Below are positions 36,833 to 48,695 of a stretch of 64,000 bases of DNA, piece by piece. This DNA comes from Klebsormidium nitens. Its lineage: Eukaryota; Plantae; Klebsormidiophyceae. Position 1 is the first letter of the stretch. Each line of letters opens with the position of its first letter. The stretch lies in the NCBI GenBank assembly GCA_000708835.1, contig DF237325.1:1-64000 (forward strand). The letters run 5' to 3'. Under the pieces are notes generated by a model. That model saw only the letters and a program-made list of their open reading frames with translations. It did not search any database and had not been told where the DNA came from. A program made the position numbers and the translations under genes.

Positions 36833-38529
36833 GAAGGAGGAAACGTGTACAGTCGTTAGAAAAAACTAGCGAGATCAACCGGGCAGGTTGCACCGTCGCA
36901 AGGTACAACGACTCTTACAGGAAAAGAGGAGTCAAGCTCAAGAGAGTCGGCAAATTCTCAGAAGGCAATCGAACCAGGCAAGTCCAAGATTACCAACACA
37001 CGCAGCAGCCTTCCCTGAATCAGACGAAGCGCCGAGTAAGGAAACCGTGTTACCGGAAAGCCTTGCCATTCAGCGTTTCAACCTTGGTCATGACATAGAC
37101 TGCCGAGAAATGCGGATACCGTTGCAGGAGCCGCGAGGAAGCAACTTCATCCATTGTCCGACCAGGAAGTCAGAATAACGCGTGACAACGATCAGGTTGG
37201 AACATGTACGTGCAGAACGCTTAGGCAGAATCTTTGGAAGCCTTGAAATACGAGCTCCTTCCAAGATACACAACAAGTGCCCAATACAGAAGTCTGTTTC
37301 CTTCCATTACCAAGAGCGTCTCGCTGCATCGACGACTGTCCTAGTTTATCCCTAGGCCGATGACGCCTTCTATTGTGAGTGTACGACCTGCCAAGAGAAA
37401 CAAGGAGGAACACGTAAAACTCAACCCGAGCCGCTTTTATTGCAGAGGAAGGGCCCAAGCATTCACAGCAAGCTCAAGGCGGGGTGCCAATGAAGTACGA
37501 GACGCGCTTCATTCGTGCACTCGTTGCTTCTTCGCCACGAGCGTGAGGTGCAGATTCAAACCGGAGAATTTCAATCCGATGCCCAAACGCCGACGTTCGT
37601 TTCTGACGTCTCCCTTCTCGGACCTTTCTCAAGCTTCCGCCCCGGAACATGTTGTAAGTTGGAACGGGATAAGATATGTGAGACGAAGTGCGAAAGTCCG
37701 AAGCGTCTGATGTTTCTCATAATATTCACGATCGTTCCCCATCATCCATTACGGAATTGGCCGCCACTCTAGAAAGGCAGCATCCTTACCGCAGTGTTCT
37801 GTCCCCTGATCATGAGCTTCCGTTTTTTCCGTTGGGGTCGCACGCTCTGGAGATCCAGACTTCCCGCTGACCGGTAAAGTGCACTATCCTTTGCGAGTTC
37901 TGCAGAATAGACAAGAGAAAGAGGGACTCGGGTAGGTTCATCGATGCACAACGAAAACTTTAGAGCAGTCCGTCCGCAGTTCAATCCCGGAATCCTGCCT
38001 TGTTTACAGAATGCCGTGTCGCTTAGATAACTGTGAGAAGAGTACTGTCGTAATGGTTTGCGGCAAGTAGAGGTGGGGGGGAGATCGAGTATTGTGAGAT
38101 GTTTTGAAATTTCCGAAGGTTACGGGGAAGAGAAAATACTTGTTTGAGACATGTAGACGTGGCGCCCACTCGAAGGGCCGTTCTTCTGGCGGTGAGGAAT
38201 TCTGGCCATCTAATTTTCTTTGCTGACGTGGCAAGCTGTGAGTGGTCAGCGACTGGCTGTCATTTCCGTCACTATTTCCTTTCGCTTCGGTTCCGTGCCA
38301 AGGATTTTCGTTCCGGTTAGTACGTCGCCCAGACGTCGTGCATTCGAAAGCAACATGTTCCCACAAAAGAAGTGAGAGCGTTCTTCACTTGGCCGGAGCG
38401 CCTCGAACCGAAAGTTGAACAGCTGCCTGGTGGGCCCTAGCGTAGCGCGGCGGGGAGGATGCTCTCCCAGAGTATGATGTGTCCGCACCAGAAGAACCGC
38501 AGCCGAACGTCCGGGACCTGCGTGAACAA

Positions 38530-38649
38530 CCGCTCGTACACCTCGGACGTCGGCTGGAGGTGGCCGCCCTCGACTGGCGAGCGCGCGCGCATCTTCAACC
38601 TAGCGGGGCCATGAGGAGCGACTCCTGGGTGCGCTTCGACGTCAGGTCA
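38530..38649 (+). pseudogene. Ectopic degenerate copy of PI4K exon 21
   Basis: AGCGGGGCCATGAGGAGCGACTCCTGGG is identical at 28290-28317 and 38602-38629 and continues through the donor (GTCAG|GTCA). It translates PSGAMRSDSWVRF versus PSGAMRSDSWARF in PI4K. Confidence 0.8.
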
Positions 38650-40756
38650 GTGCCGCAGTCGTTTGTTTCCGTCTCGGAATCCGTGCTTGTTCCCGTTGAG
38701 AGAATCTGCTTTTAGTCCCGACCCCGAAGCTGCTTCTAGCTTCGTGTTGAACAAGGACTCGTACATTCCAAGCTCCTTTCAAAACTTAAATTGTCATTGA
38801 TTGTATGCCCGTTCGTAGCGTGCTCGACCGTTGTTTCTCGTCGTCGTCTATATTCCAATCTGAGTCTTCATTTCAAGACTGCTGGTACCTTCGATTTTTC
38901 TCCAATTTATGGTAGCTCTGAGCCCCGGCATACACCTGCTTCCAAGCTTTCCTTAGGTGCTGCAAAAGAGTGAGATTGCATGTAAATTCATCCCATGTTG
39001 TAAGCTTCCGCTTTGTTTGTCCGGCGCTCTTAGAGATTCGTTGAACCAACTGAGGCCGCAGCACGACTTTGTATCAATCTTGTTATTACGTTGTAACACA
39101 GACCACATGCAACATGGCGGGCACTGCAGCATAAGCGGCCCAATGCATGTATGCGTAAGACATGTGCGCTGCATACATGACATGTCGTACAGCGTATCAC
39201 TGTGCAATCCGGCAAGAAAGCTGCTCAATGAGCGACAAACTTAAGACGGTCGTCGTTGAGTCGGCCATCAATCAGCTATACCGCCCACGCCAAGTTGGAA
39301 GGCTCGGTGCCGCGGAGGCCGCTTCGGCTGGCATGCCTGCCAAGCAATTTGACTGGTGCCATTGAGGGCGGGCAGTGAGGGACACCTTATACGCGCACGA
39401 TATAATACTCCTGCCAAATTTGCGAGGTACTAGTGGTGTCCAAGTCAGATGAATAGTACTTTCTAGACAAATACTGATCTTTCAATGAGCCCAGCTTAAA
39501 GTGCAAGAACAGATTTGACACAATTCAGCCCTAAATCCCCATCGTTTACCTGCTCCTTACCTGTGCCCACCCTATACTGACACCCCCTTCATTTCTTACC
39601 AACCCGTCCAGGCAGCATGTTCTGGTTTAGTGTTTTCTTTGATGTACTACATTCCACAAACCAACTGGGCATTCAAAGCTGCGCTGCGAAGTGCCGGAAA
39701 CAGCTGCGCCGCCAGCTGCAATACAGCTAGCCCTACGATGGATGTATGCTGACAGATTGAAACAAGAATCAGCTCGTAGGATACACTCAACTCTAGAATC
39801 CTCCTGTTGCAAATACATTAGTTCTTCATCTCAGGATTGAGTATACTTAGATGCATGGTTGACGGCGAACATGCACATGGAGACACAACCCCCGCGACAG
39901 CTTCCCTGCACAAAAATGGCAATAGGGGGAAAAGGGATTGTTTTTGGAAGCGGCCAGGACTGTCTTACAGACTTCGTCCCGTAGCAGGCAACGCAACCCG
40001 CGCAAGGACGCATCCTGCGGAGATCCCGGGCTCGATCAGTCGTCGTTTCGGTTGACTGCTTCGATTCTCCAAGGGTGTGGCAACTCGACCACTCCGCCAA
40101 CTCAAAACGTGGAAGTGGGGGATTCCATGTAGATGTACATAGTGGTTACGTCCCCATTACGTCCCACTGCAGAGAATAGACCCGAAAAATAATTTGTGTG
40201 CAGAAATCAACTGCCTAATTTGGTCGGTTCGACGATTCATCGGTTGAGACCACCGGTTAGTGTTGTTCACGGTCTCTTGTCCAAAGAAAGACGAGGTTGC
40301 ACTCCCTGCCAGGCTTTTGTGGGGGGCCCCTGTTGGGGCGACATTCTGGAAAAAGGCGCCCGGGGAAGGGTGTGCGGTTAGTGTGTCGGTTAGGGTAGAA
40401 TCAAGTGCGGAGGGCGACGGTCCCCAGCACTCCCTCAATATGATATCAGTGTGTGCAGCAACCGAATACACATTTATCGACGGCTAGGAATCTTCAGGAA
40501 CTTTCATCGACGACCGTCATCGCAGATATCGCACGCCGGTCCAGCATTCTACATGCAATGCTGCTTCTGCACAGCAGATCAAAATGCACAGGTAAGAAGA
40601 TTGAGTGCCCTGAGGTTCAGTAGCTGTCCTTCTGCTTGGAGCAGCTTCTAATTTTGTGCCCGCCTGTAGGTAGTTTCCTGAGTTCCTGGCCTGCTCCTGG
40701 CAGGCTACCATCGCTGCTCATTGACGGGACGCAGCTTTGAAACAGCAATCTGCACG

Positions 40757-43327
40757 ATGGAGGAAGGCAGGGGCACTCCCAACAGTGGTTTTGATGAGGC
40801 TGTAAATGAAGACCTTGAACAGATCCAGGTCAGGGGAAAATCTTAAATTGAAACATGCTGCATGTCGCAATGGAGACTGTTGGTCTGATGGAAGAGACGG
40901 CAGCTGACTGCAACATTGTGACAAATCAAGACTGGCTTGCTGCAAATTGGTGGCTTTGGAAGTTGCGTGGAAGTCCTGTGACAATCTTGACGCGTCTTCA
41001 TGGCTCAGTGAGGCTTAAGCGGATTGTAGCTCCTGCAAGGTACATACAATTGCCGGCCATATCAGACTCCAAAGGAAGCAGAGGTAATGTGTACAGGACA
41101 AAAGTTGCAGTCTTTGAATATTTGACTGATAATGCAATCTGATTTCTCATCTTTTTAAATCCTTCTGACACCTATCGTCAGTATTGGTGCTGCAGGCGAT
41201 GCTGGAGGAGAGCGGAAAAGAGTGCCACATCTCATTGGTGATTAACCACATTGGGACAGTTGGGAACCTGTTCCAATCTGTTGGTCCAAATGCTCGCAGC
41301 TGCCGGTAGGGCATCCTTCTCTTTTGTGTTGTCGGCTCTGCTATCCACCATGTCACTATTGATATCCTGCTGGTATCGATGCTCTGAACACTCACCCATG
41401 CTTAGGGAAATAGAGCTTGACTGTGATTGGCTGCGTGCCGCTGACGGCTTACTCGATCTGTCAGTCCTAAGGAAATGTGCAGATGAAAGAAGGCTGAGGG
41501 CAAAATCAATTGGTGACCACTTGATCTGTGCCCCTAGCTACATCAGTCTGGTCCATCCCACAATCTTCAATCCGTTCTGTCTGCATATGCAGCACATTTC
41601 CCACCAGAACCAGAAGCCACACATCGGGTCTGGTGTCCACGGCATCTCAGACAGAGGATATGGAAGACGACCTCAACAGTGACATGAGAGAGGCCAAGCG
41701 CGTGAAAGAGGACGGCACGGGGGATAACATTGTAAGCTACATATTCCTGTTTGGGGGACGCGACAATTGATCGTTGATCAACGCAGTCCCAAAGAGCGAG
41801 GTTTGCATGATGCTGTGTGCTCAAGTTGCCAGCCTCTGTTGCTCTGGCAGTTTAAAGACCTCTTGCCAACGATTCCAGTCCCAATAAAAGCTGCAGGAAA
41901 GTGTGCTTTGTTGCCTGGCCAGTCATGTCTTTGCTGAGCCTGCGGTGGTGGTGTCTGAGGTGCTTCAAGTCCTTCCAGGGAGCCAACTCAAACCGACGCC
42001 GCAGCTTCCATGCACCAAGCGCTAGTGCAATAATATAAACCTGTTCACTTCTAAGTGCAGAGAAGTCAAGAGACCAAGCCTAAGCTTCCAGTTGAGATAT
42101 CCATGTCACTCCCTCCTGCCAGGTGGATGCGGCGGCCAGTCAAGAGACCCCCAACCCCGCCTCGGACGGCATTGCAGCAGACAGAGGCGGCAGCGCTTGC
42201 CGTAGCAGCCCCGCCCGTCCATCCCCCGATGCGGCAGGACTGCAGACTGCTTCCAATTCTGCAGAGCAGCAGAGCGGTCAGGACAAGCCTTCAGCAAGAA
42301 AGAAGGTGCAAAGCATGATAGTGCCCGGAGCCGGTGCGGTGATCCTTTGGAAGGAGAAGCACGGTGTCAGTCGGCCGAACAGCACAGGCAGTGAGCAGAC
42401 CCCGGATGGAGCGACCACTCCGTTGAGTGGCGCACCGGGCGGTTCCAATGAGAATGGTGAGGCACACGTGTTGAAGAGCGCGGTGGGGCGCAAGCGGCGC
42501 CGCAGCGAGGTGCCGGAGAAGGTGCTGAAGGAGATCGAGGGTGGCGGCAACGTGGAGCTGAAGCTGCAAGGTGTGCCAAGTGCGAAGAAGGGTGTGAAGT
42601 GTCAAAGCAAGGAACAGGTAAGCACACGCACAAGCTGGGGCTCTGATGTGCCAAGAGCTGACATTCACCTGTAAAGCACACAGTGACACACGCTGTACAG
42701 ATCTATGATGCTACATTCCACAGTGGACATTTCTCTGACTTCGTGCGTGGACACTGGTTAATAAAGCCCTGACATCAACCGATACGTCCCTCGCTCACTG
42801 TTCCTTGCTGCACGCGAGAAGTCATGACGAACTTAATAGGGACGTTCGATTCTGTTCGATTTGAAAGACCCGACACCGCGTCCCTCCGAGAGACAGCCAG
42901 CACGAGCAGTCATTCTCCTCGTGTGTCGATGGATCTGCACATTTTTCATATTTAAGGCGTGCACAGCTTCCGTGAGCTTTCGAGCGTCGCTCATCGCTGG
43001 ATCTGACGGCAACCGTCGGTGCTTGTGCAGGTTTCGCTCATCAGCGCCGGTGCAACGGCCGCCACGCCCACTTCGCCGTCAAAATGTCCAAACATGTCCG
43101 CAGACGCCATTTCACCAAAGCCCGCCACAGCTGCCCCGCAGCCAGATCATCTGGTCCCGGGGACCGCAGCGCGCCTGTCGACTTCGGAAGCGGCGCTCAG
43201 CAGGAAGAGCGCAGCGGCGCATGTGCCTGAGAGGAAAGATCAACGAAATAGGTCTCAAAAACGAGTTGTCCAAACATCAGAGCCTCCACAATGGAAGAGA
43301 TTTATCCGCGTGCTCGAAGTAACGTAG
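40757..43327 (+). CDS. Hypothetical low-complexity protein, about 370 aa, 5 exons, with a basic NLS-like cluster
   Basis: Phase-consistent GT-AG exons: 40757-40828, 41196-41305, 41593-41731, 42123-42617, 43031-43327. Contains GRKRRRSE. No family recognised. Confidence 0.65.
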
Positions 43328-45494
43328 CTGACTTTAGCTGCAAAGTTGACCGGCGATTGATGCTGGAGTAGGACGAAACTTCGGTAGGAAAAGTAGTGCA
43401 TAAGCAACTCGGCCAGAAGTGTTGGATAGGTCGATCCCAATATGGTGGACGAGTGAACGGACTACCGTAATGATTCATCGAGAAGCGGCGACCTCAGGCA
43501 AAGAGTCTCAGGGCTTGAATCAGATTGAGCAGTTGCTTTTAGGTTGCTTGATAACCGGAAGCAGGTCTGCGTAATGCTTTTCAACCGTTTGAGAGGCTCT
43601 TTAGCTTTCCATATAATCAAACGGAACCCAATAAGTCGACCTGCCATGCTCCTAATCTTGAATTTAATGAAGATCTTGCTCGCAATTCGTGGCGTGATCT
43701 ACCTAGGTTTCATGTGCCAAAGCCGCCTTCAAGCCCGCGACTTGGCAGATCATGGGATCGTCAATTAGCAGGTGGCCCCCGGCATGATCAGCCCCTCCGT
43801 GCTGCAGTAACCATAGACTCACCGGTAGGCATATGGCGTCCTTATTCTTATTTACGATTAATCTCATCTTCAATGTATACAGAACACTACTAGCAAATCG
43901 CTGTTGACGTCAAGCTTACGCCAGCTGACATTGATTGACTTGAGCTAGCTGGGGTGGCTGTATGCAGCAATTGGGCTCGCGAGAACCCGCTGAGGTGTCT
44001 TCTTCATTCAATCGGCAGTACCCAGTTACATATGGTATACAGACGGATATCAACCCGCGCAAGTGAACCAACGTCGCTCAGTCGAGACGGTTGGTTACTC
44101 GGTTTGCGTTAGTTCTAGCGTTCAGCACAATGGCGGGGAATGTCTTTCGCCCTTATATTACTTCGGCAGCTGGCATGAGCAGACGAATTATGCCAGCTGC
44201 CAAAGCAGCACATCAAATCTGGTGGTTTCATGTTCCGTAATCGGAATCCGTGTTGATACACGAGCATCCGACTATATAGATGTTGAAGCGGAAGTCATTG
44301 CCAGATGGCCACTTTCTGACAGCGAGCACCAACCAGACACCGACCAAGCAATTTCGTTGGTCACTTACCGATTGCACATCAGAGAAACGTATCCCTACAG
44401 AAAAGTGGAACTAGTCTCGCTCAATTTCTAGGTCAGGATGCCCACACACGTTCAATCTTATGAGAACCTCAGCCTTGCGCACGTATCTATTTACATGCCA
44501 AGATGCGTAAATAATCGCACGTTAACTGCTGTGAGAACGTGAAGAAACTTCCTGGTACTTGATAGCACATTTCCTTATGTTTGCTCGCTTCTGCTTTAGC
44601 CTGATCTTTTTGAGAATCGTCGATTTCGGCTTTTGATGCTAAAAAGACGTAGGGCAACCTCATTACCTCTTGATGTGACTTTTAAGGCGGACTCGGTATC
44701 ATACAAAGCACTCAAGAGCTTTCAATGCCCCCCCTGTCTTGCTGCCCAGACGATGGCATCTCGGTCAATGCTTCCGGCTGACATTTTGGACCTGCAACAA
44801 AAGAAAGTCAGGGGCGAGCGTGGGCTTGGAACACTAACCTGGGAGACTTATTTTCTGCAACTGAAATTTGCTGCCCTTCAAAGGAAAGCGTGAAGTTGGG
44901 AATCATCAATCAACCTTCTTCTATGTGTGATTGAACAAGCCAAAAACCGCTTCACTGTACTGGCAAGGGTAGTGAATCAAAGACATCGTTGTAGGCGCTG
45001 TTTACCTACATCCCAGGCAATCGTACAAGTCTTTCTGAGACAATCTTGGGACAAAGACCAGCCACTTTGTCAACCAGTACCAAAGTGAGGGAAAGGTCGT
45101 CTGACCTCGTCGTATCTCTGACCAGCAAAGATGGTGGAAACAAGTGATCAGTGGACGATTGCCATCGAACACGAAAGGCTTAGAAGCCCCGCAACGGGGC
45201 ACCGTGCGACTGGAGCTGGATATCCCAAGGTTTCAAGGTTTTCTTGTGGACAGCTTTCAAAAACGTTTACCTTACAAGTACGACACTGGAACTGGCAGTG
45301 AAAGCCAGAATGCTAATGACGAACCTAACCTCTTCGGTCCTGCCAGGAAGCTCCTCTTGAACCACTAGTCGGACCACACAATTTCTGGCTTCCATACTCA
45401 CATCTGCCTCTTCATTGTTTGCCGGTGACATCTTCCATTGAACTCCCCTGCCACTATAAGATTTTAACGTCACTAATCACTTTACATTCTTAGC

Positions 45495-46106
45495 CTACTT
45501 CACAGCCTTCAAAGTTACAGCATTCACCAAGGAGAATCTCATCCGCTTCCTCTGGCGTTTCCTTTGAAGGGCCGCGACCGAAAAATTGTAAAGATTGGAC
45601 ATCTCTCCTGATAGATCCTTGTAATCCTCTACTGCCAGTCGAATGTCGTCTGCCTCCTCCTCTGAACGGTCATGGAGGTGAGTTTGTAGATTCGGATATA
45701 GAATCCATGTGGTCAGAGCCCTAAACACGTGAGCTTCCAATGGTTTTGTAAAGCAGACCCATGAGGAGCAAGCCCCCAGTTTCTGGCGCTCCTCTTCGGT
45801 GAAATTGATAGTATCAATGAGGGCGATGTCTTTCAGTAGACCAGAGTAGCGCATGCACTTCTCTACCAGTGATTCCTTCAACCAGATTCGCGTTTGCATC
45901 TGGTTTCCTTCAGGATTCCAGGAGGCAACGCCAATCCAGGCTCCGTGTGCTTTCCATCGAGGATCTTCAATATCAAAAGCGTGACTCCTCGCTGCATCCT
46001 CTGCTAATTTCGATGTGTTTGGCAAGTCCTCTAACTGCAATGCGTGTAATCGCGGTATCACTGGGCTCGTCACCTCCCTACCTGCCGTGGTCTGCAGCCT
46101 CTTCAT
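45495..46106 (-). CDS. Hypothetical single-exon protein, 203 aa
   Basis: Open 612-bp ORF with globular-like composition (WKAHGAWIGVASW, RIWLKESLVEKC) and a basic C-terminus (QRKRQRKRMR). No family recognised. Confidence 0.45.
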   Translation of the reverse strand: MKRLQTTAGREVTSPVIPRLHALQLEDLPNTSKLAEDAARSHAFDIEDPRWKAHGAWIGVASWNPEGNQMQTRIWLKESLVEKCMRYSGLLKDIALIDTINFTEEERQKLGACSSWVCFTKPLEAHVFRALTTWILYPNLQTHLHDRSEEEADDIRLAVEDYKDLSGEMSNLYNFSVAALQRKRQRKRMRFSLVNAVTLKAVK

Positions 46107-48695
46107 GCGTCCCTCGACTCAATCAAGAGCTGTTTGGTTAGCTGGCTTGCTAGGATACTCTCGGAGACGAGCTGGCTAGCGTCTCAATGACGTCGACGGG
46201 AGTTGTGCCAGCGCTTTGCCCAGTCAATGCAGCGCTTTGATGTTGCCTTTGATGGGTACGGGCTTATGAGAAGAGAACATGTTGCCACAGCTTGCCAATG
46301 CAAGCTCAGAGTCAGAGTCACAGTAAACTTCACAGTTACCTCACGTGGACAGAAAGGCGCAGGCCTTCTGCCTTCTGCCTTCTGCAATCTCTGCTCATGT
46401 ACTAGCTGCTACTAGTACATTTTTCATTCATTCATTCATACTTCTTAGAAGGCCGTAGCTTTCGCCATGGACCTATTGGGGGCCCGTACAGACATGTCAC
46501 GAGTTCGATCCTCGAAATCGAGAAGCTACTCTACCACTAGACTACCACAATAGGGTTCACTTTTCGCAAATCACACTTCTCTCTAGCTGCATCTCAGGGG
46601 CACAGTGCTCACTATCTAAGGAGTAGTACAGTAGCATGCTAGGTACTCGCTAGGTCTAATCACTAAATTGATGGCTACCTAGGATGCTGCTACATACTTA
46701 GATGGTCTTGATGCGGCCCGCGTGTGAGAGTTGCGTGTGCGCTGCAGCGTCCCGGTAGTATGGTAGAGCTTCCCTTACAGACCGATTGTAAAAGACTCAT
46801 GGCACGTCATTTGTACGGAAGGGCCGAGAAGGAAACATGGAGTACATGCACCAACGGGGCAGAAAGGGGGTTGGAAGCATTCCTTGAGATATCCATTTGC
46901 ATGCTGAAATCTCACACGACCGCTGTTGCTGAGCATAGAAGATTGCATTGCCCCTATAAAAAGCCTTTCCCGGTGCGCGCCTTTTTTCCATGCTGCGCCC
47001 GACTTTTTGGGAAAGGGAAAAAGGTGGCCTACTGTGCAATCCCTTACATGTGGCTTCACTGGTAATCATGCGAGATCCCATTATGATCAAATAGATACAG
47101 AGAGTCCATAATGGCAAAACACGCATCCCACACTCGGAGCCAATTTGGGGACCAAATTGTCGAGTGCGCGGCAAAGCCAAGAACGCGTTTTTCGGTTTGT
47201 TCAAAGAACTATGCAACAGCGTGTATCAGTCCACAAGTGCCGTGTCCATCCATACAAGACATCCAACCTGCCTGGATCTCACCAACTTGAAAAGAACCTT
47301 TTTAAAAGGCTTTGTGGATACTCTCCGAGCGAGCCTGGCTATTGGTCGTGGACAAAAGGTCAACCAGACTGCTGCCAAAGGCACTTGCAGCGGCGGATGG
47401 TGGCATGTGAGAGCTCCAATCTATGGAGATCACGTATTCCTCAGAAGGGGCCCGGCCTAAAGGTTGCGGCGTGTACGACAGACGAGCGGCGACACAAGGT
47501 CAAACCGCCGTGAGGGGGCTCAAGTTCTTGGATGCTCGGGCAATGTTGAAGCGCCATGTACAAAAGACGAACGGTGACGCAAGGTCAAACCATCGTTAAA
47601 AGGTTGGTGTGTGATGAGCTTAGAAGACCTGCAAATAGGATGCTGAGCCACCAGGCGCAACGACGACGAGGTGCAGGTCTGCCAGGGTCCAAAGTGCAGC
47701 AGCTCAGCAGATCCATAAGCTGTCCAAAAGTGTCAGCTCAGCCTTCCTCCAAAGGTGTGACAGATTGAGGGCCAGAGCAAGCAAGCAGCAATGCTAACGT
47801 CAAGCAGATTGTACTCCAGGCAAAAGTGAGCAGAGACGGGCCCGTACGGCAAACAAAAAGCAAACTTCACAAGAACGAGTAGCAAAACTTAGCTCTGAGT
47901 CTTCAGGAGCCGGGTTGGCACATTCACGAGCGGCCTTGCTACTGTTGCTAGCCCTAAATCAGTTCAGCCCAGGTGGCAAGGTGACAATGGTGGCTTTCGA
48001 GAAGAGATTCAAAGGCAACACTGTCGCTGGCGAGCTCATTGAAAGGAGGGGGCTGTAAAGACCTGGTGTTGCAGCAAGCCTCTAGGGGCTTTTGAGCTTT
48101 CCGGGTGTGGACGAGTAGAACAATCACCATTGCACTCTTACATGCTGATCTCTCTATTACCGCCACTATAAAAGCAGCACCAGAGCAATGTGTGACAAGC
48201 TAGGAGAGAGCTACAAGAGGGTGGTTTGAGCTTGAATTTTGGAGGACGGACGAGGGAGATCTCAATTTCGCTGGTGGGAAGCCATTGTCGCCAGTGCTGG
48301 AGGAAGCGCCTATTCGCACGTGCGGCGTCCGATGCTCACAGCTTCCTCCATTCCTCCATGAGCAGAGTAAATACGACATGATGAACCTTGTGAAAAACGT
48401 TCTTTGTGCCGCCCGGTGGCGTTTCTCCAGCTGGCAGAGAAAGAGTGTCTGTCGTCATGTATTTATGCCTCGACAACCGGCATCGACCGGTTTTCCTTTC
48501 TTGGAGCAGTACGCGGCTGACACACTAGATCCTACTTACAGTACTTTCAAACACCTCTCTCAAGTCCATGGCCCTGGGGGACTCTGCTTCAATTTCAGTG
48601 TTGCTGGTTTCAGACTGAGCAAGCAATGCGCATGGTGCAAGCTGGGTGCAAGCTGCGCTAGCCTGAGCGGCAGAGGTGGCAGAGAAAGTCGCAAG

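Noticed and set aside
36826-38480. Several 60-120 aa ORFs between the palindrome array and the PI4K fragment
   Set aside because: No transposase, RT or other motif was recognised and no consistent exon chain could be built.
46700-47770. Cluster of short ORFs (e.g. 47164-47460)
   Set aside because: No motif or splice-consistent model.
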